Source: Nanobdellota archaeon (GTDB taxonomy: Archaea > Nanobdellota > Nanobdellia > Pacearchaeales > GW2011-AR1). From it: a DNA stretch of 64,000 nt. The first letter of the stretch is position 1. Every line of letters begins with the position of its first letter. A program made the translations under genes and the position numbers. The stretch lies in the NCBI GenBank assembly GCA_043810695.1, contig JBDRNV010000002.1:5015-69014 (forward strand), read 5' to 3'. Of this stretch, positions 18,523 through 27,028 are shown one piece after another. Under the pieces are notes generated by a model. The model had not been told where the DNA came from. It made no database searches and saw nothing but the letters and a program-made list of their open reading frames with translations.

Positions 18523-19815
18523 TTATGCCTTGAAATATTCTCGAAGATGGCTAAGCGCGAAAGTTACTCTTTTTCCAAGAATTTGTTGTATAAATCCAGA
18601 AAAAAAGAATTTTCTATCTTTTCTTAAAAATTGTGATAAATTTTCAACCTTTTTTGAGTTCATTGCTCTTCTTGCTATATAATCTCCACAAAATGCAGCC
18701 CAATTTAAACCAGCACATCCCATTGCGTATTGAATAAATTTACTGTTTTTATCATAGTCTACAATTGGTATTAAATCTTGAGTTACATCAATTAATCCAG
18801 ACCAATAATTGCTAAAACTTACATCTTTTATTTCTGGAAAATTTTTCTTTAATTTATTAATAAATTTTTCTATAACCCTAGGTGCCTTATAGGATTTTGG
18901 ATAATAAGTTGACCATGGAGAAGAACCTCCAACAAGAAGCCTATTTCCGTTTATAATACGATAATGAATGTAAAGAAGAGAAGTATCCCAACACATTAAC
19001 TCTTCTTCTGGAAATAAACTTTTTATTTCTTTTTTGTTTAGTGGTTCACTTACAGCAAGGTAAGTTTGAACGTGATATAATTTTTTTGAAATATCTTCAT
19101 TGAATTCTGTTTTCATTTTATCTATGCAGATAAGTATATTTTTTGCTTTAATAGAACCAAGATGAGTCTTTGCAGTATTTCCTTCAATTTTATGTACTTC
19201 ACTATTCTCATAAATTTTAACTCCTTTTTTAAGAAGTAACTTTTTCATTTCTTGACAGTATGCAAAAGAATTTATTCCATAAGAACCAGGATATCTTAAT
19301 GCAAAATTATAATCTTTTCCAGGATGTACCTTTTTAAGAGTTTTCGCATTATATAAAGAATATTCTTCTCCTTTTTCTTCTCTTATTTTTGCCTCTTCTT
19401 TTATCCATTTATCATGAGATTTTTTTGCAGCAAGATATAAAGCATCTTGTTTTCTTAAATCACAATTAAAATGATGTCTTTTTGCAGTATTTATAATTAG
19501 ATTAACTCCTTTTACAGGAATATTATAAATTATTTTTGCGTTTTTTTCACCATAGGTGGCAATTAATTGGGCTATATCACTTTCACTTTCAGGCACTAAA
19601 AAACCAGCACTTTGTCCTGAAGAACTTTCACCAATTGTGCTTTTTTCAAGAAGAACAATTTTTTTTCCACTGTGAGTAAGCTTTAATGCAGCATGAAGTC
19701 CTGTAAAACCTCCTCCAATAACAAGATAATCTGTTTTAATACTTTTTTTAAGTTGTGGACAATAAGGAGTTTTTATATCCAAAGAACTAGTATGCAGCCA
19801 GTTTTCATATAACAT
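18523..19815 (-). CDS. FAD-dependent oxidoreductase (DAO family)
   Basis: 'DYLVIGGGFTGLHAALKL' dinucleotide-binding motif. Confidence 0.7.
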   Translation of the reverse strand: MLYENWLHTSSLDIKTPYCPQLKKSIKTDYLVIGGGFTGLHAALKLTHSGKKIVLLEKSTIGESSSGQSAGFLVPESESDIAQLIATYGEKNAKIIYNIPVKGVNLIINTAKRHHFNCDLRKQDALYLAAKKSHDKWIKEEAKIREEKGEEYSLYNAKTLKKVHPGKDYNFALRYPGSYGINSFAYCQEMKKLLLKKGVKIYENSEVHKIEGNTAKTHLGSIKAKNILICIDKMKTEFNEDISKKLYHVQTYLAVSEPLNKKEIKSLFPEEELMCWDTSLLYIHYRIINGNRLLVGGSSPWSTYYPKSYKAPRVIEKFINKLKKNFPEIKDVSFSNYWSGLIDVTQDLIPIVDYDKNSKFIQYAMGCAGLNWAAFCGDYIARRAMNSKKVENLSQFLRKDRKFFFSGFIQQILGKRVTFALSHLREYFKA

Positions 19816-19856
19816 AAAATCACCTTTAAGTTTTTAAGAAAATTTAATATATAAAT

Positions 19857-20444
19857 TTATTCTATTAATTCGAGTTTTAATACAGAGATTGTTTCAAAGA
19901 AAAACTTTTTTTCAGAGATTTTTTTAAATTTATATCCAAGCTTATTGAAATCTATCTCTTCTGCTAAAGAACTTACTACCAATAATAAAATTCCGTTTTT
20001 ATTAAGATGATTTTTAGCTTGATTTAGAAACTCTATTATTATTTCATTTCCTCTTTTGCCACCTGTTGTGTTTTTTCTTGAATCTCTTGGTTCTCTTTTA
20101 TCTTCTGGCAAATAAGGAGGATTAAATGCAATAACATCATATTGTAAGGGAACCAAGTTTCCCTTTACATTCAACCTTCCTTTAAATGCTTCGAATAAAT
20201 TAGATTTAATACAATTAAAACCTAATAATCTACAATAATTTACAGCATTAATATTTATATCACAACTAAAAATCTTCTGTTTTAAAATATCGCTTTCTCC
20301 AGCTGATTTTAGATTAATGCCAGAACCAGCGCCAATTTCAAGAAATTTTAAATCAGGATTTTTAATTAATAATTTTGGAATTTCACTTTTAATTGTTTCA
20401 GATAAAAGATAGGAATCTTCTGCTGGTTCATATATTAAAGTCAT
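19857..20444 (-). CDS. HemK/Mtq2-like N5-glutamine methyltransferase
   Basis: 'LEIGAGSG' and 'IAFNPPYLP' (NPPY). Confidence 0.7.
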   Translation of the reverse strand: MTLIYEPAEDSYLLSETIKSEIPKLLIKNPDLKFLEIGAGSGINLKSAGESDILKQKIFSCDININAVNYCRLLGFNCIKSNLFEAFKGRLNVKGNLVPLQYDVIAFNPPYLPEDKREPRDSRKNTTGGKRGNEIIIEFLNQAKNHLNKNGILLLVVSSLAEEIDFNKLGYKFKKISEKKFFFETISVLKLELIE

Positions 20445-20449
20445 AAGAA

Positions 20450-20587
20450 CGCCTCAGGCAGGAATCGAACCTGCGAACCCCGAAGGGTCGGGATCTTTGC
20501 GTTTTCTCCAATAAAGGAGATGTCGTAAGAAGAACCTTGGTTCTTTTTACTTAGCAATCCCGTGCAATACCATTATGCGACTGAGGC
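20450..20587 (-). tRNA. tRNA-Ser (anticodon GCU) with ~57-nt intron
   Basis: Hand fold: GCCTCAG acceptor, CGGGA/TCCCG anticodon stem, loop TTGCTA|A, long variable arm ACCCTTCGGGGTTC, T-arm GCAGGTTCGATTCCTGC; 138 nt minus 81 nt mature. Confidence 0.75.
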
Positions 20588-20638
20588 ATAAAAATAAAGA
20601 GTAATTGTTAAGTTTTAAAAGTTATTGTTGAAAGAAAA

Positions 20639-20730
20639 TAGCAGGGGAAGGATTTGAACCTCCGACCTCGGGGTTTCCCTTACAATATTAATATGGGCCC
20701 CGCGACCACTCCAAGCTGGTCCACCCTGCT
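20639..20730 (-). tRNA. tRNA-Met (CAU), probable initiator, with ~17-nt intron
   Basis: A1:U72 acceptor end (AGCAGGG/CCCTGCT), G-C-rich anticodon stem CGGGG/CCCCG, CAT in loop, T-arm GGAGGTTCAAATCCTTC. Confidence 0.65.
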
Positions 20731-20871
20731 ATTATATGGTATCTGGAATTCTTTATCTTACTCTAATAAAATTTAACGAAATTCACTTATAAAGGTTTCT
20801 TTTATAGAAAAAATCTAATCCCTTTTTAGAAGTTAGAAATACTTAAAAACAAATAAATTTTCTTTTACCTT

Positions 20872-21543
20872 ATGATTCAATTAATTCTTGGTATTGATGA
20901 TGCAGGAAGAGGTCCTGTTATTGGTCCAATGGTTCTTGCTGGCTGCCTTATTAACAAAGAAATCGAAAAAGAATTTAGAGCTACCGGAGTAAGAGACAGC
21001 AAACAACTGACTCAAAAAAGACGAGAATTTCTTGAAAAAATAATAAAAGAAAAGGCAATTGCCTTTAGTATTCAGATTATGTCTCCTGATGAAATAGATG
21101 GCAAAAATAAAGATGGTATAAATCTGAATGATGTTGAAGCAATAATGGCGTCTAATATTATAAATGAAATAAACAAAGGATTCCAGAAAATAAAAGTTGT
21201 ACTTGATTGCCCCTCTCCAAACAGAATTAGATGGAGAGATACTGTAAGAACAAAAATAAAAAATCTTTCAAATCTTGAAATTGTTTGCGAGCACAAAGCA
21301 GATGTAAATCATGTAGCTGTTTCAGCTGCTTCAATTCTTGCGAAAACAGAACGAGAGAGGCAAATGGATAAATTAAAAGAAGTCTATGGAAAAGATATTG
21401 GTTCTGGTTACACCTCTGATCCATTAACTAAAAAGTTCCTTGAAAAAAATGTTAAAAGCCAAAACCACCAAAAAATATTTAGAAAATCATGGAAAACCTG
21501 GAAAAAAGCCAATTCAAATTCAACCCAAAAAAAACTTTGTTGA
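20872..21543 (+). CDS. rnhB: ribonuclease HII
   Basis: 'GIDDAGRGPVIGPMV' and 'ADVNHVAVSAASILAK'. Confidence 0.85.
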   Translation: MIQLILGIDDAGRGPVIGPMVLAGCLINKEIEKEFRATGVRDSKQLTQKRREFLEKIIKEKAIAFSIQIMSPDEIDGKNKDGINLNDVEAIMASNIINEINKGFQKIKVVLDCPSPNRIRWRDTVRTKIKNLSNLEIVCEHKADVNHVAVSAASILAKTERERQMDKLKEVYGKDIGSGYTSDPLTKKFLEKNVKSQNHQKIFRKSWKTWKKANSNSTQKKLC

Positions 21544-21576
21544 AAATTTTATTTTAATAATTAAACTGAATTCTAG

Positions 21577-21912
21577 TTACTCTCTTTTGAAAATTTCACA
21601 TAATCTTGTTTCAACTTCTTTTATTTTTTCTTTTTTTAAAGAACCAAACTTATAAGATACTATTGTTTTTCTAAGTGTGAATAATCTAGATGGTCTTATA
21701 AAACTTTTGATTTTTAAATTTCCTAATCTTAAGTCTTTTTGGAATAATAAAATTTTATCTTTATCTGGCCTGTCTTTTGTGGTAATTTGACAAAGAATTA
21801 TATCATCCCCTTCTAAATTAGCAACAACCAAAGCAGGTCTTTTTATGGTAGATGTTAAATCAGAAAAGGGAAAATAAGTAACTACAATATCTCCTTTTAC
21901 AAATCTTTCCAT
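21577..21912 (-). CDS. mazF: PemK/MazF-family toxin
   Basis: 'VKGDIVVTYFPFSDLTSTIKRPALVV' SH3-like N-terminus of MazF/PemK. Confidence 0.7.
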   Translation of the reverse strand: MERFVKGDIVVTYFPFSDLTSTIKRPALVVANLEGDDIILCQITTKDRPDKDKILLFQKDLRLGNLKIKSFIRPSRLFTLRKTIVSYKFGSLKKEKIKEVETRLCEIFKRE

Positions 21913-22130
21913 GCTTCATTGTCCTCCTTACTTAGCCAATCAATTGCTAGTAATCTTTGGTCGGCTAATATAGGGGATTTTTCATATTTATTATCATCTT
22001 TGTCAAGATGTTCCATTTGTTTTATTCTTTTTTCAATAACTTTTCTGACAAAATCACTCCATTTTATTTCAGAATATCTTTTCATTTTCTTATATATATC
22101 ATCATTAATTGATAAGGTTATATTTGTCAT
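21897..22130 (-). CDS. cognate antitoxin (putative)
   Basis: Overlaps toxin start by 16 nt; tracked start 22136 is TTG, ATG at 22130. Confidence 0.5.
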   Translation of the reverse strand: MTNITLSINDDIYKKMKRYSEIKWSDFVRKVIEKRIKQMEHLDKDDNKYEKSPILADQRLLAIDWLSKEDNEAWKDL

Positions 22131-22134
22131 AACC

Positions 22135-22156
22135 AAATAAGTGGTACCACTTATTT
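22135..22156. promoter_or_regulatory. perfect 22-nt palindrome overlapping the TATA-like box of the mazEF-like operon
   Basis: aaataagtggt|accacttattt directly upstream of the antitoxin ATG. Confidence 0.5.
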
Positions 22157-22248
22157 AAACTTTTCTGAAGGCTATGTCAATTCAGTTACTTCTATAAAAT
22201 TGCAACAAAATAGAAATATTTAAATACCTTTTATTTCTTTAAAAATGC

Positions 22249-23049
22249 ATGGAAACCGAGAATCTGGGATATGTTAAAGGATTGGGAGAAATTCATAGAA
22301 TTAATGCTCCATTTGTAGTGCAATTGGGAGCTTTTAGAGAAATAGGAATAAAGGCACCTGTAAGCGTAAGAGATACTTCTTTAATAAGGCTCAGCGGAAA
22401 ATCCACAGAAGGAACAAGGACATGTCACGCTCCTGTTTACCTTAAGAATTCTCCTACAATAGTTGCGAGAATGTCTCCTTTGGTAAGAAATTTAGGAATG
22501 GCACAAAAAGCAGTGAATGCTCACAAAAGCAGTGAATATCCTGTTTTTGGTAGCTCGATTTATGCCCAGTGGGAAAAGATTGCAAAACAGGACAAGGGAA
22601 AGAAGCCTGAGAAAAGAAGGGCAATCATACTTCCTGAAAGAAAAGATTTTGACATACATAGGGATTCAGACGAAGCAGAATTTTTCTGGCAGGACAAAAG
22701 AAAAGAATATTTTAAAAGATTTGTTTCAGCAGATAAAGTCATAGCGTATCAAATCGACCCAGAAACGGTTGATTCTCAAGATGGAGCAATTGTGAATTAT
22801 CTCTGGTTCGACGATCCCGAGGATGGTTCTTACTTGTACCTTAGGAGCAGGAGCTTGTACTATGACGACAGGGCTTTCGGGGTGTTGGAGAAAACCAGCG
22901 AAGCTGGTTTGCAAAAAATTTCAGGAAATTTGGTCAGGCATTATACTCAAAGAGAAGCAAAAAAATATACTAATATTCTTCAGGATGTTATGTCTGGAAA
23001 AACAGGAACTTCAAAATTAGAAAAAGTGCTTAAGCATTTTAAAAAATAA
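22249..23049 (+). CDS. DGR-type variable (target) protein candidate
   Basis: Contains the variable repeat 22801-22872 near its C-terminus; locally higher G+C by eye than neighbours. Confidence 0.6.
   Translation: METENLGYVKGLGEIHRINAPFVVQLGAFREIGIKAPVSVRDTSLIRLSGKSTEGTRTCHAPVYLKNSPTIVARMSPLVRNLGMAQKAVNAHKSSEYPVFGSSIYAQWEKIAKQDKGKKPEKRRAIILPERKDFDIHRDSDEAEFFWQDKRKEYFKRFVSADKVIAYQIDPETVDSQDGAIVNYLWFDDPEDGSYLYLRSRSLYYDDRAFGVLEKTSEAGLQKISGNLVRHYTQREAKKYTNILQDVMSGKTGTSKLEKVLKHFKK
22801..22872 (+). other. variable repeat (VR) of a diversity-generating-retroelement-like pair
   Basis: 72-nt ungapped match to 23310-23381; 10 of 11 mismatches lie at adenines of the other copy. Confidence 0.75.
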
Positions 23050-23309
23050 AAACAGAAAGCAATTTAAACATAAGTTTCTTTTTTTATCTGCCTTGACTCT
23101 TATTTGAAGCATATGTACAAAAACATATGCTGGTGAGAATAATAGAAAGGCCACACGCCAGTTTATTAAGGCATTATTCAAGTTTATTTTAAGTCATAAA
23201 ATTCAGAAGCGACTTGCGAGAAGCTTCGGTGCGCAAATTAAATTTTGCTGTGTGCAGGCAAGATTCCTGACGTGAAAATTATTCATGAGATAAATTGGCT
23301 ACAAAAAGT

Positions 23310-23381
23310 CTCTGGTTCAACAATCCCGAGAATGGTTCTAACTTGAACCTTAGGGACAGGAACTTGAACAATGACAACAGG
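23310..23381 (+). other. template repeat (TR), non-coding
   Basis: AAY-rich (reads LWFNNPENGSNLNLRDRNLNNDNR); the tracked ORF 23295..23480 is probably not a gene. Confidence 0.75.
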
Positions 23382-23577
23382 AACAGCTATGCTTTTGGAA
23401 TGGCCTTAAGTCAGGGCATTTTATATTTAGCATTAAAATTATTAATCATTCTTACATTAATCTTTAAAAATCCCGAATAGTTCTTTTTATAATCATGCAA
23501 TTAAAAAGGGAAGTTGAATGTGGTAAATTAAAGGAGGTTGACTGTTAAGGAACCTTGGTGCCTTACAGTGTCTTACA

Positions 23578-26442
23578 ATGGCTTACATAAAAAAACTGGT
23601 GATACATGGCTTTAAGAGTTTTCCAAGAAAAACAGAGATTCCTTTTACAAAAGGAATAAATATAATTTTAGGCCCGAATGGCTCTGGAAAATCAAACGTA
23701 TCTGATGCTTTATGCTTTGTTCTGGGAAGACTAAGCATTAAATCAATGCGTGCTGCAAAAGCAGGCAATTTAATTTTTATGGGAACAAAAGAAGCCTCTC
23801 CTGCAAAAGAAGCCTCTGTTGAAATAATTTTTGATAATTCAGATAAAACATTTTCTTTGGATAAAAATGAAATAATTATTAAGAGAATTGTAAGAAGAAA
23901 CGGGCAAAGCATTTACAAAATTGATAATGAAACAAAAACAAGACAGGAAGTTCTTTCTTTGCTTGCTCAGGCTGGAATAGATCCACAAGGATTTAATATT
24001 ATTCTTCAGGGAGAGATACAGAGTTTTGTGAGAATGCAGCCAGAAGATAGAAGAACAGTAATTGAAGAAGTTGCAGGAATATCTGTTTATGAATCAAGAA
24101 AAGAAAAGTCACTTCACGAGCTTGAAAAGACAGAAGACAGACTTAAAGAAATCAGCTCTATTCTCAGAGAGAGAACTTCTTATTTGAATAATCTTGAAAA
24201 AGAAAGACAGCAGGCACTAAGATTCAAGAAACTTGAGGCAGATATAAAAAAGTTTAGAGCAAGTATAATCTATTTCAACCTTCATAAAAAAAGAAAAGAA
24301 AATGAGAAAATAAACTCTGATATAGAACAAAGAAATAATGAAATAGAAAAAATAAAGAAAGTAATCATTGGAATTGAAACAGAAACAAAAAATTTTTCTT
24401 TTAAAATAGATAACATAAATTCTGAAATACAAAAATCTACAGGACTTGAACAGGAAAAACTTAATCAAGAAATAGCCAATTTAAGGGCAGAACTTGCAGG
24501 GCTTAATGTAAAACTTGAAAACCAAGAATCAAGACTTTCTAATTTATTAAAACAAAAAGAAGAATTCCAAAAATCGCTGAAAGAATCAGAGCTTTCAATA
24601 AAAGAGCTTCAGAAAGAGTCTCCTACACCAGAAAGAAATGCAAAAGAAATAGAGGAAAAAAAGAAAGAACTTGAGAAGCTTGAAGAAAAAAGAAAAAAAT
24701 TCTACATGATTAAATCAGAAATAAACTCTGTCAAAGAAAGAATTGAAGATAAAAATTCTCTTCTTCAGAATTATACAAACGAATCTAATTTTTTAATAAA
24801 GCAAATTGAATCCCTTTCAATACAAATTTTTGATAAAAAAGCAAATTCTGAAAAACTAGGCAGGTTTAAAATCTCTTTATCAGAAAAAAAAGAATTCCTT
24901 AATAGTTTAGTAAAAAAAGAAATAGAACTTGAAAAAAATAGTTCTATTAATTTATCAGAAATAGAAAATCAAAAAAGAATTATAGAAAAAATATCAAAAT
25001 TAGATATATGTCCTGTATGTAAAAGCAAAATAACTCCAAAACATATGGAAGAAATAAAAAAAGAAATCATCCCCCACATAGAATCTTTAAAAAAGACAAT
25101 AGAATCCTCTGATTCTGAATTAAAAACAATATATCAGAAAAAAGAAATAATAATAAAAGATATCGATGAACTAGCTCAGCAGATATCAAAAACAGATACA
25201 GATCTAAATAAACTTTCAAATATAAATGATAAAAAAAATCAGATTAAAATTTTATATGAAAAATTAGAAAATCTAAAAAAAGAGCTAGCAGAATTAACTA
25301 AGAAAAAAACTAATCTTGAAAGAATTTTTGAAACAGACTCTAATATAGAGCAAAAATATGAGACTTTGAAAATAGAAGTTCAGGAAATATCTCTAAGAAC
25401 CAAAAAAACACTAAAATCAGAAGTTGAATTTAAACAGAGAGAAATTGAAAGAATAAAAATTTCTTTGAAACAAATATCTCGGGAAGAGACTGATGCAAAT
25501 GAAGAATTATTCTCTCTTAAGAAAATATTTGAAGAAAAGAATAAAATTTTAACCAAAAAAAGACAGCAGGAAGAAGAATTAAATAAAAAATTCGAAGAAA
25601 TGCTTTCTGAAAAAGAGAGATTGCAGAAAAAAATAAGAGAAAAAGAAACAGATACTCTTTCAAAAAAACATGCAATTCATATTATAGAACTTGAAATAAA
25701 TGAATTCAAAATTGAAAAAGCAAGAGTTGATGCAGAGATAGAGAATTTTGAAACAGAGATGCTTGAATTTTCAAATGTTGAAATAATAAAGACAAATAAG
25801 GATGTTCTGGTTGAAAGGCTTGCTAAATCACAGGAAATTATTTCAAGAGTAGGAACTGTCAATCTCCGCTCCCTTGAAGTTTATGATTCAATAAAAAAAG
25901 AGTATGATGTTGTAAAAGAAAAAGCAGGAATAATAGAAAAAGAAAAAGATAATATATTAAAAGTAATACATGAAATAGATGTAAAAAAGAAAAAATCATT
26001 TATTCAGACACTTAAAAAAATAAACGAGCTTTTTTCAAGAAATCTATCTCAATTGATTCCAAAAGCAGAGGTTTTCCTTGAGCTTGAAAACAACCAAAAC
26101 CCGTTTGAACCAGGTTCTGGAGTTCAGATAATTGTAAAGACAGGACACGGGAAATACTTTGATGTTAAATCTCTTTCAGGAGGAGAACAGACTCTTGTTG
26201 CTCTCTCGCTTATATTTGCGATTCAGGAATATCGTCCTTACTACTTTTATCTTCTAGACGAAATTGATGCAGCTCTTGACAAAAGAAATTCAGAAAGGCT
26301 TGCCGGGCTTCTTAACAAATACATGCTTAATGGGCAGTATATAGTTATCACACACAATGATGAAATTATTTCAAAGGCAACAAATCTTTATGGAATAAGT
26401 ATGCATGATGGAATTTCTAAAATTATTAGTCTTAAAGTGTAG
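23578..26442 (+). CDS. smc: SMC-family ATPase with central CxxC in place of a hinge domain
   Basis: SMC head motifs 'GPNGSGKSN', 'ILQGEIQSF', 'EEVAGISVYESRK', 'LSGGEQTLVALSLIFAIQ', 'LLDEIDAALD'; CPVC at aa 478-481 of 954 (25009-25020). Confidence 0.8.
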   Translation: MAYIKKLVIHGFKSFPRKTEIPFTKGINIILGPNGSGKSNVSDALCFVLGRLSIKSMRAAKAGNLIFMGTKEASPAKEASVEIIFDNSDKTFSLDKNEIIIKRIVRRNGQSIYKIDNETKTRQEVLSLLAQAGIDPQGFNIILQGEIQSFVRMQPEDRRTVIEEVAGISVYESRKEKSLHELEKTEDRLKEISSILRERTSYLNNLEKERQQALRFKKLEADIKKFRASIIYFNLHKKRKENEKINSDIEQRNNEIEKIKKVIIGIETETKNFSFKIDNINSEIQKSTGLEQEKLNQEIANLRAELAGLNVKLENQESRLSNLLKQKEEFQKSLKESELSIKELQKESPTPERNAKEIEEKKKELEKLEEKRKKFYMIKSEINSVKERIEDKNSLLQNYTNESNFLIKQIESLSIQIFDKKANSEKLGRFKISLSEKKEFLNSLVKKEIELEKNSSINLSEIENQKRIIEKISKLDICPVCKSKITPKHMEEIKKEIIPHIESLKKTIESSDSELKTIYQKKEIIIKDIDELAQQISKTDTDLNKLSNINDKKNQIKILYEKLENLKKELAELTKKKTNLERIFETDSNIEQKYETLKIEVQEISLRTKKTLKSEVEFKQREIERIKISLKQISREETDANEELFSLKKIFEEKNKILTKKRQQEEELNKKFEEMLSEKERLQKKIREKETDTLSKKHAIHIIELEINEFKIEKARVDAEIENFETEMLEFSNVEIIKTNKDVLVERLAKSQEIISRVGTVNLRSLEVYDSIKKEYDVVKEKAGIIEKEKDNILKVIHEIDVKKKKSFIQTLKKINELFSRNLSQLIPKAEVFLELENNQNPFEPGSGVQIIVKTGHGKYFDVKSLSGGEQTLVALSLIFAIQEYRPYYFYLLDEIDAALDKRNSERLAGLLNKYMLNGQYIVITHNDEIISKATNLYGISMHDGISKIISLKV
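26401..26442. repeat. smc 3' end (genuine), left copy
   Basis: 42 nt, 41/42 identical to 26471-26512. Confidence 0.9.
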
Positions 26443-26470
26443 CATAACTTCGTCCAAGCTTGGCCGTCGT
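26443..26470. repeat. 28-nt near-palindromic element (CCAAGCTTGG core)
   Basis: cataACTTCGTCCAAG|CTTGGCCGTCGT; related elements at 56115-56153 and 52339-52366. Confidence 0.7.
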
Positions 26471-26512
26471 ATGCATGATGGAATTTCTAAAATTATTAGT
26501 CTTAAAGTATAG
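26471..26512. repeat. second copy of smc 3' end
   Basis: atgcatgatggaatttctaaaattattagtcttaaagtatag; followed by a TATA-like ttatatac and the RelBE-like cassette. Confidence 0.9.
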
Positions 26513-26548
26513 AAAACCTTATATACTATAGTTAGTTATATAGTTACT

Positions 26549-26782
26549 ATGGATACAACAATACAAATAAGCAAAGAACTTTTAGGAAAATTACAAAAAA
26601 TGAAGATGCATAATAAAGAAAGTTACGAGGATATAATTTGGGATTTAATAGAAGATAGAATGGAACTCTCTGAAGAAACAAAAAGGGATATTGCAGAATA
26701 TGAAATAGATTTAAAGAAAGGAAAATCTAGAAAATTCCATAAATGGGAAGATGTTAAAAAGGAGCTAAATCTAAATGTATGA
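26549..26782 (+). CDS. antitoxin of RelE/ParE module (putative)
   Basis: 77 aa, overlaps toxin start by 8 nt. Confidence 0.55.
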   Translation: MDTTIQISKELLGKLQKMKMHNKESYEDIIWDLIEDRMELSEETKRDIAEYEIDLKKGKSRKFHKWEDVKKELNLNV

Positions 26783-27026
26783 AATAATTCTTTCAGAAAA
26801 AGCTAAAAAACAATTAAAAAAATTAAATAAATTAACTCAGGAAAGAATAGGTTCTGTTATTGAAAGAATAAAAATTCGTCCGTTTTCTTACGATATAAAA
26901 AAACTTCAAGGAACATCTTATTACAGAGCAAGAGTGGGTGAATATAGAATTATTTTAGATATTCAACAAAATAAGTTAATTATTATTGTAATAGAAATAG
27001 GACATAGAAAAAATATTTATGATTAA
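26775..27026 (+). CDS. relE: RelE/ParE-family toxin
   Basis: 'YYRARVGEYRIILDI...IIVIEIGHRKNIY' typical RelE C-terminal half. Confidence 0.75.
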   Translation: MYEIILSEKAKKQLKKLNKLTQERIGSVIERIKIRPFSYDIKKLQGTSYYRARVGEYRIILDIQQNKLIIIVIEIGHRKNIYD

Positions 27027-27028
27027 AA

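Noticed and set aside
21566-22193. Short repeat (ctgaattctagttact / tcaattcagttacttct) flanking the mazEF-like pair as another gene-end duplication
   Set aside because: It is only ~15 nt with indels, overlaps the toxin's own stop, and is not derived from the rnhB terminus. It is within chance for AT-rich DNA.
23295-23480. 61-aa ORF 'MATKSLWFNNPENGSNLNL..' in the ORF track
   Set aside because: It starts at a non-ATG codon and is a run of AAY codons matching the variable region of the upstream gene. It is better explained as a non-coding DGR-type template repeat.
23578-26442. Calling the CxxC-containing ATPase Rad50
   Set aside because: The head motifs (QGEIQSF, EEVAGISVY, LSGGEQTLVALSLIFAIQ, DEIDAALD) are SMC-like, and no mre11 gene is adjacent. 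It is kept as an atypical SMC.
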